A stretch of DNA of 64,000 nt from Ureaplasma sp. Hg1 (GTDB taxonomy: Bacteria; Bacillota_I; Bacilli_A; Mycoplasmatales; Mycoplasmoidaceae): the NCBI GenBank assembly GCA_021378535.1, contig JAACJV010000002.1, positions 27,876 to 91,875 of the forward strand. The letters run 5' to 3'. The notes beneath the pieces were generated by a model. The model was given only the letters and a program-made list of their open reading frames with translations, was not told the origin of the DNA and ran no database searches. Both the position numbers and the translations under genes were made by a program. Positions 1 through 11,016 of this stretch are shown piece after piece. The number at the start of each line of letters is the position of its first letter. The first letter of the stretch is position 1.

Positions 1-661
1 AAATGATGTCATGATTACTTATAGATTCAATAGTCACATCCATATATTGGTCAACATTATTTTTTGCTAAATTAGCAACACTAAGACCTGCAGCTCTAAA
101 TGTATCACGGCGATGGACAATAGCAACATTTTTAGCAAAACAATATTGAGCTACATGATTAGCAATATCAACCGCTGAATCACCACCACCAAAAATGACG
201 ACATTTTTATTTTTATAATGATCATTACTCTTTAGATTATATTCAATTTTTTTTTCGTCATAATCCTTAGCCTGTTTAGATATTTCTAATGGGCGATGAA
301 TAAATTGACCAATGCCAGTTGTGATAACAATAAATTTCGATTTTAATTCTTTCTTATTTTCTAACATTACGCTAAAACCATATTCAGTTTTTTCAAAGGA
401 TATAACCCGAACATTAAGAAAAATATCATATTTCTCCTTATATTGCTCCATTTGCTCTATGTATATTTTAGTTAGATCACTTGCAATAATATCTTTATAG
501 CCAGGTATGTCGTGTAAATGTTTTTCACTATAAAGCGACATTGGTTGACCGCCTAAATAATTGTCTGCTTCGACAATTGCAGTTTTGAAACCTCAATGAT
601 TAGCAATAAAATTACCCATTATCCCAGTTGGTCCGCCTCCTATAAAAATAATATCATACAT
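1..661 (-). CDS. FAD-dependent pyridine nucleotide-disulfide oxidoreductase (thioredoxin-reductase / ferredoxin-NADP reductase-like), N-terminal part; the gene continues past the window start
   Basis: Minus-strand translation from ATG (661-659) gives MYDIIFIGGGPTGIMG (GxGxxG FAD motif) and later VVIFGGGDSAVD (second Rossmann motif). GGGAGA RBS lies 6 nt upstream. One in-frame TGA is read as Trp. Confidence 0.75.
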
Positions 662-956
662 AATTTTTCTCCCTTTTAAATTAAATTATTATACACCATA
701 TTTTAAAAATTAGATTAATATAGAAACCGCATATAAAAATTATAAATAGTAGGAAATTTATGAATTTCATTTTAAAATCCTATGATATTAGCAAATTCAC
801 TATTATTTTTTAATAAAATGCAATTTTTTACTTTGTTTATAATACAATTTTCCCATTTCATTAGTATTTAATATATAATTTAAACGTATATAATACGCCA
901 CAAGTTAAATTGGAAATATTTATACGTGATTAAATTAAGTAATAAGGATAAAAAAA

Positions 957-1439
957 ATGGCAGAAAATAAATTATTAAAAGAGAACATTGTATACATTGA
1001 TGAAAACGATGCTAAAACAATTGGAATCGTTGAAGGTGAACAACAATCTGTTTTTATTGATGGTAAAAATGTAGATGTTGTTTTCGTCGATGAACATGAT
1101 ATTTTACCAACAACCAAAAAAGAAAAAGAAATAATTCAAGAGGCTAGCGAATTAGCTATTAATCGCAAGGAAGATGAACACTTAGAAGAACGTGCTTTAG
1201 CTGTACGATCAGGTAAGACATATAATCTTTGAGAAAATATCAAGGAATTCTTTGCTCACGCTACAACTAATATTATTAATTACTTTAAAAACTTATTTAA
1301 TGGAACAAAGAAATTCGATGGAACTGATGTTTTTACAGACGAAGAAATTAGAATTATTGAAGAAGTTATTTCTGAGGTTAAAGCAAACAAAGATGAACCA
1401 ACATCAAGTGGTGTCGACTTAGCTGTTAACACTTATTAA
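957..1439 (+). CDS. hypothetical acidic protein, 160 aa
   Basis: Track ORF 957..1232 continues in frame through TGA (Trp) to TAA at 1437-1439. An AAGGA-like RBS lies upstream and a hairpin terminator follows. Confidence 0.6.
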
Positions 1440-1449
1440 AAATCTTTTT

Positions 1450-1478
1450 AAAACATAGTTACGACTATGTTTTTTTTA
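1450..1478 (+). terminator. rho-independent terminator
   Basis: Stem AAACATAGT (1451-1459) / ACTATGTTT (1464-1472), loop TACG, followed by a T-run. Confidence 0.6.
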
Positions 1479-1578
1479 TTCGATTGACTCTGATGACAGA
1501 TTTTATTATTTAAATTAATGTATAATATAAATATCTTACTTTTATCGAGACTAAATATAATTATAGAGGGGTATTATA

Positions 1579-2334
1579 ATGAAATTTTTTAAACATCAAA
1601 ATAACACTAAAAGGAATTCAAATGTAAATAAATACGCTTTAGCTGAAGACAATACACCTACAATGCAATACGTGATGAATAAAATTAGTAATCGTAATCG
1701 TATCACGCAAACTATTAACTATAAACCATTTTATGATACATCACCTATGCAACCACCACAAATGCGTGGTATTGCGCCTAATAGAGCTTTAGCTGGACTT
1801 CATGTTGTTGAACCAATTGTAGAACCATTCCCTCGCGGCGGTAGACTAAACTATAATGACGTTAAAGTAGCACCATTACTTTATATGAACGGGCGAGGCA
1901 CTAGAGTTAATCTTAAAACCATAGATGCATCAATTCCTTATGAAACAATCCAATACGGGTTTAATGTTCATGATGTTCGTAAGCCATTAGTTTATGCTGG
2001 AAACATTGGATTGAATCATGAGTTTAGAACAATAAACACAAGCATTGATAATAGTGATTTAGAGCGTTCAAGTCAAATCAGAAGTTTAAGTTTAGTTAAT
2101 CCATTATTTTTAAATCACAGAGCCAATTATCATAACGAAGCACCAACATATCATTTAAATATTCCAGAACCTAAATTACCGCGATTAACACCGTATGATC
2201 TTTTTGAAGATTTAAAACACGCACAAGAATATAATGCTAATTTTCCTAAATTACACCGAGAAAATAATTTAATAAACCCCGATGATGATTATGATATTGT
2301 ACGTCATCGTGTACGTCAATATAACGAGTGATAA
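1579..2334 (+). CDS. hypothetical protein, 251 aa (Pro/Asn-rich, no recognised domain)
   Basis: The track ORF ends at TGA 2329-2331, which is immediately followed by TAA 2332-2334. GAGGGG RBS lies upstream of the ATG at 1579. Confidence 0.6.
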
Positions 2335-2381
2335 ACCATACAAATAAATGGTGTATTAATCATTAATATCAATTTTTTTAA

Positions 2382-2407
2382 AGAGCCTTTAGAGGCTCTA
2401 TTTTTTA
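2382..2407 (+). terminator. rho-independent terminator
   Basis: Stem AGAGCCT (2382-2388) / AGGCTCT (2393-2399), then ATTTTTT. Confidence 0.6.
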
Positions 2408-2755
2408 TTGCAAGACACTATATTTAAGACACAAATTATTTCATCATTACAATAAGATTTGGTATTTTAATTACAAAATTGAATTATTTTTAAAATTAAA
2501 ATACAATTTCATAATGAATTAATGGTTCAACAAATTCAACTATATTTAATATTTTTACTTAACTTTAGCATTGACTTTAAAAATATTTCATTATTTTTGA
2601 CATAAATTCTTTTGAGGTATTCCATCCTTTGTTATAATTATTATGTAATATATATTAAATTATTCATTCTATTAGAACGTAGTAAACTATTCTAGTTTGA
2701 TTGATTACATTTTAATTATAGTTACTCTTACATAGAATTAATTGAGGGCATAAAA

Positions 2756-5700
2756 ATGGCAAAATATAATGATATCCAAAATCGGGATTTTAGAAAAGCA
2801 GAAAAAGCTCCATCTGCAGTAGAATTAACTAGAAATATCGATAATTTTGGTGTTACATTAAAACTTAAAGAAGATGTACTTTTGAACTTAACAAAAACAC
2901 CAGAAGGGAAGATGTACGTTGATCAAGATAAAAGTAGTTTTTGAGGCGTTAATGCAATGTATAGTTTTGGGGAAACAGCACCGCAAAATGAAATTGATAA
3001 AATTAACATCGTTAAACATTATGATCCTAAAAATGATGTACATACTTTAAATTTATTGCGAGCAGAAGCAAATAAAATTATTACTGCGGCAAAAGCAGAA
3101 TATAAAAAAAAGTCGCTACATGCAAAACTTTTAAGTGATAAAAAAATTACTTTCGCAGAAATTAAAGCTAGCCATTTATTATCTAAAGCAAAGGGAATTG
3201 AAATTACTTATGTTGATCGTCAAAATGAAGAAGTACGCAAGCGTGAAGCTTTACTATTGATTGATGAGTGAAAAGAAAAAGCTGTTGAAAATAATTCTAC
3301 TCGTTTAGAATATTTGACACAAAGAGAAGAAAAATCACATGAAAAACTAAAAGGTCATGAAATGAGTGAAAGAGCTATTGCTGAAGAAAGACTTCTAGAA
3401 AGAGAAGTTTATGCTAAAGCACATTTAGAATGAGAAAAAGAAAAAGCTATCACATTGTCAAAAGGAATGTATTTTAATGTACCGCCTCCAATTCACAAGA
3501 AAATTTTAGGAACAAGAAATAATTACAAAGACGAATTAAAATATTCAACAATTAGTGAACTTAAAGGAGACCGAGTAATTAATTTATTAAATAATAAAGA
3601 AAGCATAAACGATGTTGATTATATTGATTCAACAAAACGCGGTAATGCTTTAAGTAAATTTAATAAATTTACAAAAAACCCTAAAACACATGCACTTGAA
3701 AGTAGAATGGATACCACAACTAGACGTAACCCACATGTCTACATCGTTGATGAAGATATATACGAAAGTCAATTACGCAAAAACAATTATATTGATGCAA
3801 AAAAAGAACGGTTTGAAATAATGGTTGATGCACGTATGTATGCCCCATTCAAAGAATACCTTCACGTTGAATGAAACGAAGAAGATTCAAATGATGAAAT
3901 TAAATACCAAAATCAGAAGAAATTGGCAAAAGTTCGAAGTGATTCAGAAGACGTTCAACGCTATTATTTAAATAAAGAAGCTAAAGAGGAAGCCTTACGT
4001 AAATATAACGAAAATGCCGGCGAAAGAGAACCTTCATATTACTCTGTTGAGGATTGATCAGATAATGAGTATATCAACGGAGCAAAACAAGATGGCATAT
4101 TTAAACGTTGATTTAAATCTAAAAAAGAACAAAATTATGAACAATCATTAAATTTTAGAGATACAGAAGAATTTGATGCAGAAACTTCTAATATGTATTT
4201 AAATGATAAAAATGAAATTAATGAATTAAAATTATATTTAGCTAAAAATCAAAATTATATTGATGTTTATGATGGTCAACTTTTAGACCGTACACGTTTA
4301 ATTGATGATAAGTTTTACGCTTCAATTGATCATATTATACCTTTAGAATTGAGCGGAGATGATTCAATTAGTAATAAGGTTCTAACTAAAACTGAACTTC
4401 ATTACAGTAAGGGTGACTTAACTCCTTTTGAATGGATGGATGATGAAAACTTTGATTTATTTTATGAAGAAGTTACAAAGTTATTGAAAGGCAAAGGACG
4501 TGAAAATAAAAAGCGTCTAAGAAATCTTATATTTATTAACAATGCTAAACATGAAGAATATTTAGATGAAGATAATCAAGATTTTAGTAGTTACGAACAA
4601 TATGACGATGAAGATTATCAAGGAAATTCACGTGACCAATATAAGATACAAAAAGCTAATGTTCTATTACGAAAACTTCCAATTCATCCCATTATTCATG
4701 ACGAACCATCAAAGCTATTGCAACACGGAATTAGAACGACAGATGCAATTAGAGCTTTTCAGCGTTTAAATGCTAATGACATTTACGCAGATAAAGAAAA
4801 GCAAAATATTTTAAATAAATTAAAATATGTTTGTGATGAAAATCGTAAGCAAGAAAATGCTTTTAGACATAATCAAGAAAAATCAAAACAATTGGATGAT
4901 TATGTTAAGGTAAAAGCAGATGAATTAAAGGCAAATTTTGTATCAAGTAAAACGAAATTATCTACAAAAAATTTCAATAAAGACCAAAAAATAGATGAAC
5001 GATATCGTAATATTTCTGAAACTTTATTTGAAAAATTTTCTATAGAACGACAAATGATAGATGAAAAAGAGGAAAATCTTCGCAACCGAGAGGAAGCACT
5101 TGAAATTCGTAACGAAGCTATCACTAAAGAAAAAATATTAAGTCATTTAGAAAAAGCTAATGTACGAGAAATTAAAACTTTACATCGCTTAAAAAATAAA
5201 TTGGATCAAAATAATAAAAAGTATAACTTTAATATTCCAACATTTGATTTTCCTTTCGCAAATAAATTGTCAGAAGTCGGCGGAGAAAAATATTTAAATT
5301 TGAAAAAAATTAATGATAAATTAGTTTTACAATGGATTTCAGAGGAAATTCGTGAAAATCAATTGGATGAAGACGAAGATATTAAAGTTGATGGTACTAC
5401 ATCTATTATAGAAAAAGCTTCAAAATTCATTGACGGCTTTAGAGTTGGTGATATTGATAATAAAGTCGAAATTATTAATGAATCATTACCAAATAATATT
5501 ACTAAAATTGTTGTTCTTGAAAAATATCGTCATAAAGATGAAATAGAACAAATTGAATTTTTAAGAGCTTTGGCTAAATCTATCGTTACTGATGCTGCAG
5601 ATGCCGCATTGTTGCAAGAAGCAAGAACTGTTGAGCAAGCTCACATCGAACTAGAAGAAAAGATAGAAGAAGCTAAAGTATATTTAAATAAATGTGAAGT

Positions 5701-6811
5701 TATTGAAGAAATGATTGATCGTCGTAAAAGTTTCTACGAAAAAAGTTTGAAGGAAGCATGGGTTGATAACAAAAATAAAGAACGTGAATGAAACCGTATT
5801 ATCAAATCTGAAAAACTTGAAAATGCAAAACAAGTTAATGTACTACGAAAACAAGCACAAGCTGATTTACGAGCTCAACTTCATAATTCCTTAAATGCAG
5901 ATGGTTCAATACAAAATATTCATTTAGATATACAAAATGAATTTAAACATTCTCCTGAGGCAATTAAAATTAACCAACGACGAATTCGTATGTTAGAACA
6001 AGATTTAAATATGCCTATTTTCCGTGAAGGTGATCAAGAGAAAAAGAGAAAAAGAATTCAAGGTTCAGAGACTCCATCAACTACTAGTCAAAAAGTTGGA
6101 AAATACTTTGGAATGATGAAGGAAAAGTTTATAGAGGCATCAGCTGATACTGAACCTAATATAGACGAACTAATTGGCACAAAAGAAAAGTTGCGACTTC
6201 CAACACAAGAAAAATTTAGGGGAGTGGATATTGATGCTGATGCTAAAATTATTGAATTTAATGACCCGCTATCTATATCTAGAAATCAATCTATCCCAAC
6301 AACAACCTTAGTTGGTAATAACAGTGAATATGAAAATATATTAAACACTAATAATGAGTATGAATTAGATGAATATCAGGATGAAATTAGTAATGATGCG
6401 TTTATACCAACTCCAATTATGGTAGGTGCAAATGGAAGTGATGCTCCTAATATGCAATTTAATGCACCAAATGAAATGTTTGAACCAAATCTTGACGCTT
6501 CAGCAAATCAAGATGAAATTGAAAATATTATTATTGATCCACTAACTATTCCTAGTGTAGGAGACTATAATGGTGGGATGGAAACCCCGATTGAGCAATT
6601 GCTTAGTAATTGGGAAAAGGAAACAAATGAAATTTCTAAGTCTTTAGATGATTTGAGTAATGATTGAAATAATGGAGTTGGACAAAAAAAAGTTGCTCAA
6701 CGTCAAAAAGAAGATCAAACACAAATAAATAATGGTGTGGATTTTAAAAGTAAAACAATGGATGAATTAGAGGAAGAAGAACTAATTGATAAAAGTATTT
6801 TAAATCATTAG
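2756..6811 (+). CDS. large (1351 aa) Lys/Glu-rich coiled-coil protein containing a Cas9-type HNH nuclease module
   Basis: Track ORFs 2756, 2957, 3455, 4193 and 5990 all share one frame. I read the gaps codon by codon and they contain only TGA, with no TAA or TAG. GAGGG RBS lies before the ATG at 2756 and the TAG stop is at 6809-6811. The HNH motif IDHIIP...DDSISNKVL...HYSKGDLTP lies at nt ~4256-4440. Confidence 0.8.
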
Positions 6812-6816
6812 TAATA

Positions 6817-6857
6817 CATCAAAAATAGCATCTTCAAAGAGGGTGTTATTTTTGATG
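6817..6857 (+). other. 11-bp stem-loop between the large HNH protein gene and the next gene (possible terminator or attenuator)
   Basis: CATCAAAAATA (6817-6827) is perfectly complementary to TATTTTTGATG (6847-6857), with a ~19-nt loop. The structure ends 4 nt before the GGAGGAG RBS of the next gene. Confidence 0.4.
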
Positions 6858-6870
6858 GTGTGGAGGAGAA

Positions 6871-7971
6871 ATGAAACTAAAGTTTGTAATGCCTGAAGAG
6901 ATAATGATTGGCAATAAAACCATTATGAATATGAAATCGCGGATCGAAGGATCTGGTTTTAATAATGTCTTATTTATAATTTCAACGAACTTTAAAAAAA
7001 ATAGTTACTTAAAACAATTACTTAAGAAATATAAAAATAAATTAGTTATTTGAATCGATCCTCTAACATTAGAAGAAGACATAATATTTAAAATAAATGA
7101 TGATTTAGATAAACAACATTTGGAATTTGCCTTTATTATTGGTAATAGTCATATAGTTAATGTTGCGAAGGCTTCGCTTTTAGCCTACATAAATAATATA
7201 AATAATATTTATGGCGATTGTAGCGACGAAATGTTTGATCGTACAATTCCATTTGCAGTTGTTGCTTCTGAACCATATGATGCAACGGGTGCTTCGAATT
7301 GTGTTAAATTGATGCACGATAATAACTCATTATCTTATTATAGTGATGCATTTATTCCACGTTATTTTATTGTAGATTTTAAAATAATGCAAATTCAAAA
7401 TCATGTATCTTTTAAAAACTATTTATTATCAAAAATTATTATCGGACTAGATTTATATTTTTTAGATAAAAAAAATATAATAGGCAGTAGTTTATCATTA
7501 GGGGCCGTTGAATTAATTTATCACGAGGCTCAAAATATTATTAACAACGAAATGAGTTATGAAACATTATATGTATTAGCACATGCCGATTATTCACTAG
7601 TTATGGCTGAAAATATGTTGCGCCAAAATAATCGAATTACAATTAGAGAATGTATTGAATATTTATATTGTAATTTAAATATTAAAAACGCACCTTTAGA
7701 TTTAGTTGTTGCATCTTTATGTTTTAACGTGCTAAATTATTACAATAATAAGAATGAAGATTTTAGTATTATTGCAAAAAAATTATTCATTAACTTTGAT
7801 GATAATAGTTACGAAGAGGTTTATCAAGCTATTCAAGTATGATGTCACAAACTTAATATTAAAACTGATGCAATGTGTTGACTTAGCGAACCGGATTGAC
7901 GCATTCTTTATGAGGCAATCGTTAGTCACAGGGACAAGAAAATAATTAAGGAACTAAGGAATATTTTATAG
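6871..7971 (+). CDS. iron-containing alcohol dehydrogenase-like protein, degenerate paralog (366 aa)
   Basis: ORFs 6871 and 7120 share a frame and continue through three TGA codons to TAG 7969-7971. The N-terminus FVMPEEIMIGNKTI...VLFIIS follows the Fe-ADH pattern. The GGGS nucleotide-binding loop is replaced by IGNSHIVNVAKA. GGAGGAG RBS is present. Confidence 0.6.
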
Positions 7972-7979
7972 GTAAATTT

Positions 7980-9221
7980 ATGAAACGCAATAGATATAAA
8001 AAATCAATTTTATATTACAATAGTAAAACTTCGTTTTTATTAAATTCGAAATCTGAATCTTCTATTATCCAAATGCCACCACTTACTCTGATGGGTAATT
8101 ACGTTTTAGAAGATCTTGGACAAGAATTAAGTCAATTGAACGCTAGTAAAGTTTTAGTTGTTACAGATAAAAATTTAGCTCTTTCTCCTATCTTTAAACG
8201 ACTTGTAGATTCGCTCAACAAATGGCATATTAGTTACGCCTTATTTGATGATGTTATTCCAAATCCAACAATAGGAATAGTTAATAAAATTAAATTAAAT
8301 TTTTTAGAATACAAATGTAATTATTTAATTTCATTAGGTGGGGGATCGACACATGATGCTGCTAAAGCGGCAGCAATTATTATTTCTAATAATAAAATAG
8401 CAAATTTAAACGGAATAAATAAACTTAAGTTTCCACCCGTCGGAGTTGTTTGTGTTAATACAACAACCGGAACTGGTTCTGAAGCAAATAGCATAAGTGT
8501 AATAACAAATGAAAAAAAATCAATTAAGATAACTTCTATAGATAAATTTAATATACCAATTTTAACAGTTTCAGACCCTAGTGTAACAGTTTCTCAGATG
8601 GCTAATGTAACCGCCAATGGAGGCATGAATATTTTAGCATTAGCAATAGAGGCCTACTTATCATTTAATCACCAGCCATTAACTGATGTGTTATCAATTA
8701 GATGCATCGAACTAGTTGGACAAAACCTAGTAAATTCTTATGAGACATTAAAAAACAACGACTATCGTTCAAATATGATGGCCGCTTCATATATGGTAGG
8801 TTTAGCTCATTCAGGATCAGGATCGGGATATATCAATTCCATTAGTAACGCTCTTAGTGGGTCATATAATACAGCACATGGTGTTGCGAGTGCAATTTTA
8901 TTACCTTACGTTATCAGTTTTTTAGCTCAAGAAAAAAAACTTGCAAAACGAATAAATCGGATAAATTATGCACTTAATAATCAATCTTATAATAAAAATA
9001 TTAAACAATCTACTAATGAGTGCATTCGTTCACTTTTTGAATTGAATTATAAATTGAAAATACCTAATACATTAAAAGGCATTAATGTTACGCGTGATAA
9101 TTTTAAACAATTAAGTAAAAAAATTATGAACGATAACACTTGTTTAAATAGTCCTAAGTATTTTTCTAGAAATGATATCATTAAAATATTAGAACACGCT
9201 TATAGTGGAAAATTATTTTAA
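7980..9221 (+). CDS. iron-containing (group III) alcohol dehydrogenase family protein
   Basis: Contains LGGGSTHDAAKAAAII and ...TAHGVASAILLPYV motifs typical of Fe-ADH. It is a single uninterrupted ORF. The start could instead be ATG 8073 (MPPLTLMGNY...). Confidence 0.85.
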   Translation: MKRNRYKKSILYYNSKTSFLLNSKSESSIIQMPPLTLMGNYVLEDLGQELSQLNASKVLVVTDKNLALSPIFKRLVDSLNKWHISYALFDDVIPNPTIGIVNKIKLNFLEYKCNYLISLGGGSTHDAAKAAAIIISNNKIANLNGINKLKFPPVGVVCVNTTTGTGSEANSISVITNEKKSIKITSIDKFNIPILTVSDPSVTVSQMANVTANGGMNILALAIEAYLSFNHQPLTDVLSIRCIELVGQNLVNSYETLKNNDYRSNMMAASYMVGLAHSGSGSGYINSISNALSGSYNTAHGVASAILLPYVISFLAQEKKLAKRINRINYALNNQSYNKNIKQSTNECIRSLFELNYKLKIPNTLKGINVTRDNFKQLSKKIMNDNTCLNSPKYFSRNDIIKILEHAYSGKLF

Positions 9222-9222
9222 A

Positions 9223-9257
9223 AATAAGAACTTTCACATTGCGTGAAAGTTCTTATT
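9223..9257. terminator. bidirectional terminator between convergent Fe-ADH gene and rpsT
   Basis: 15-bp perfect stem AATAAGAACTTTCAC / GTGAAAGTTCTTATT with loop ATTGC. It is flanked by A-run and T-run and overlaps the rpsT stop codon. Confidence 0.7.
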
Positions 9258-9498
9258 TATTAGCTTTATTGATTGCTATAGCAGTTCGTGATTTAAGACG
9301 ATTTGCTTTATTTTTATGAATTCGCCCTTTACTTGCTGTACGGTCAATCATTGAATATGTTTGATCAATTTTACTTGCATCATTAGAATTTCTAGTTTGC
9401 TTTACATTTTTTCTTAATGCTGACATATTTGCATGTGCTGCTTTATGTTTTTTAACATCTTGATTATGACTTCTTTCATTTGATTTAATATTTGCCAT
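9253..9498 (-). CDS. rpsT: 30S ribosomal protein S20
   Basis: MANIKSNERSHNQDVKKHKAAH...KGRIHKNKANRLKSR is typical S20. GGAGGAGG RBS lies 7 nt upstream of ATG 9498; the track ORF start at 9516 is probably too far upstream. Confidence 0.9.
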   Translation of the reverse strand: MANIKSNERSHNQDVKKHKAAHANMSALRKNVKQTRNSNDASKIDQTYSMIDRTASKGRIHKNKANRLKSRTAIAINKANK

Positions 9499-9774
9499 TA
9501 ATGTTCCTCCTCCCAATTAAATAATAATATAACATGTATAAACTATATACATTATATAAAATTATTATTAATTTGCAATGTTTTTTCTACAATAAAGTAA
9601 TATTTATAGTCTATTATCTACATCTAGATAAATTATTTTGATAAAAATATCTCTTACATAAAAATTTATGTAACTAAAATATTTCGATAAAACCATCATA
9701 TTTAATACCAAAATAATTATTTTGTATTGTAAAATAATTATAATTTATTGATATAATAAATTAATGAGGTTATT

Positions 9775-10074
9775 ATGAAGCAAAAAAATCAAATTAAAAC
9801 ACTAGAAGAAAGTAAGGAAACACTAGCTCATTCTTTTGATAATAAAGTTTCGGATATTAAATTACAAGTTCACATTAGTAATGTAAAAAACGACAATATT
9901 GATAATGCTAGAAAGCAATTAGAAAATAATGTGGAACACTTTAAAAAAACTAATAAATTAACTAAAAACCGCGTAGTTGAAATTGGACTAGAAAAAGAAA
10001 TTAAAAAAACAATGAAATCAATAAATGAAGTTGCTCAATTTTTTTTATTAGAACTATTAAAAAAAGATAAATAA
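9775..10074 (+). CDS. hypothetical Lys-rich protein, 99 aa
   Basis: Uninterrupted ORF with a TGAGGT RBS and a TATAAT box at 9752-9757. Confidence 0.5.
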   Translation: MKQKNQIKTLEESKETLAHSFDNKVSDIKLQVHISNVKNDNIDNARKQLENNVEHFKKTNKLTKNRVVEIGLEKEIKKTMKSINEVAQFFLLELLKKDK

Positions 10075-10139
10075 ATATCACCTTTTTATAGTATATTTAT
10101 ATAGACGAAATAATTGTTAATAAAATAAGGGGTGATTAA

Positions 10140-10991
10140 ATGCCTGGTGGTTCTTCGAGTATGTTAATGTTGCTAATTATTATTGTTCCAATTGGAGCGG
10201 TAATATATTTTGTTATGAAAAAGAAGAAAAGCCCTGCACTTAAAACCGAACGAACTGAAAATGAAGATGAAGTTTGAAAAACAATTAAAAAATACTTAAA
10301 AGATTCAGGGGAAAAAGGCAAAGAAATTATAGATTCATATGTTGTCAAAAGACCTGACCCATATAATAAATCACAGATGAGTAAGGCAAAGAAAAAAGAA
10401 ACTAAAATTGCTGAAAAAGAAAAAACTAAATTAAAAAAATCTGATCCTGAAAGTTATAAAGTATATAAGACCGAATTAAAAGCTGATAAAAAAAAGAAGT
10501 TTCCTGAACAATATGTTGTATTGTTTACGACACGAGATACCAAAACAAGAGTTCATGATGTTCCAAGAGCGATTGAATGTGAAGTTATTTATAAAAAAAT
10601 TTCAAAAAAAGATACACAAAGAAAAATTGTTATTAACGGTATATGTGATTTTGAGAATGAGATGTCATGAATCAAACCCATTAAAGCTAAGGATGACGAA
10701 GCGCTTGAAAAGCAACAAAAAAGTGATATGAAACGTGAAAACAGAATTGATAAACGAAACTCAAGAAAAGTTGAAAGATTAAAAGTTAAACCTAATTCTA
10801 CTGGAGTTATAGGATTTAAGGACGATACTATTGATCGTTTAAAAGAAATGAAAGATTCAGTAAAATCAGTTAATATGAAAGAAAAATTTAAAATTAAAAA
10901 GAACAAAAATAAAGAAGATGCATTTAACGAAAAGGATGCATCAAAGGATGAGTCAGCTGAAGAAAAAGTATCTAGCGATACAAGCGAATAA
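10140..10991 (+). CDS. membrane-anchored Lys/Glu-rich protein, 283 aa
   Basis: ATG 10140 follows an AAGGGGTGA RBS. It shares a frame with track ORFs 10377 and 10728, and the gaps contain only TGA. There is an N-terminal TM helix LMLLIIIVPIGAVIYFVM. The antisense track ORF 10136..10348 is rejected. Confidence 0.65.
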
Positions 10992-11016
10992 TAAATAAAG
11001 ATAGGAGGTGATTTTC

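Noticed and set aside
312-500. Antisense or alternate-frame track ORFs such as 312..500, 935..1117, 4566..4769, 4900..5124, 14947..15222, 16192..16506, 16699..16947, 17025..17231, 27973..28344, 34090..34455, 40811..41119, 46313..46654, 46973..47521, 52139..52321, 57388..57621, 58913..59161 and 63607..63867
   Set aside because: All lie inside, and mostly antisense to, long genes with strong homology-type motifs. They lack RBS sequences, and their products are low-complexity mirror translations typical of AT-rich shadow ORFs.
2597-2638. Sigma-70-like promoter (TTGACA at 2597, TATAAT at 2633) for the large HNH protein gene
   Set aside because: The spacing between the two hexamers is ~30 nt, far from the 17 +/- 1 optimum. 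The alternative -35 (TTGAGG at 2612) gives 15 nt. Neither combination is convincing enough to report as a feature.
10136-10348. Minus-strand 70-aa track ORF
   Set aside because: It lies entirely antisense to the 5' part of the plus-strand gene 10140..10991, which has an RBS, a TM helix and frame continuity with two downstream track ORFs.
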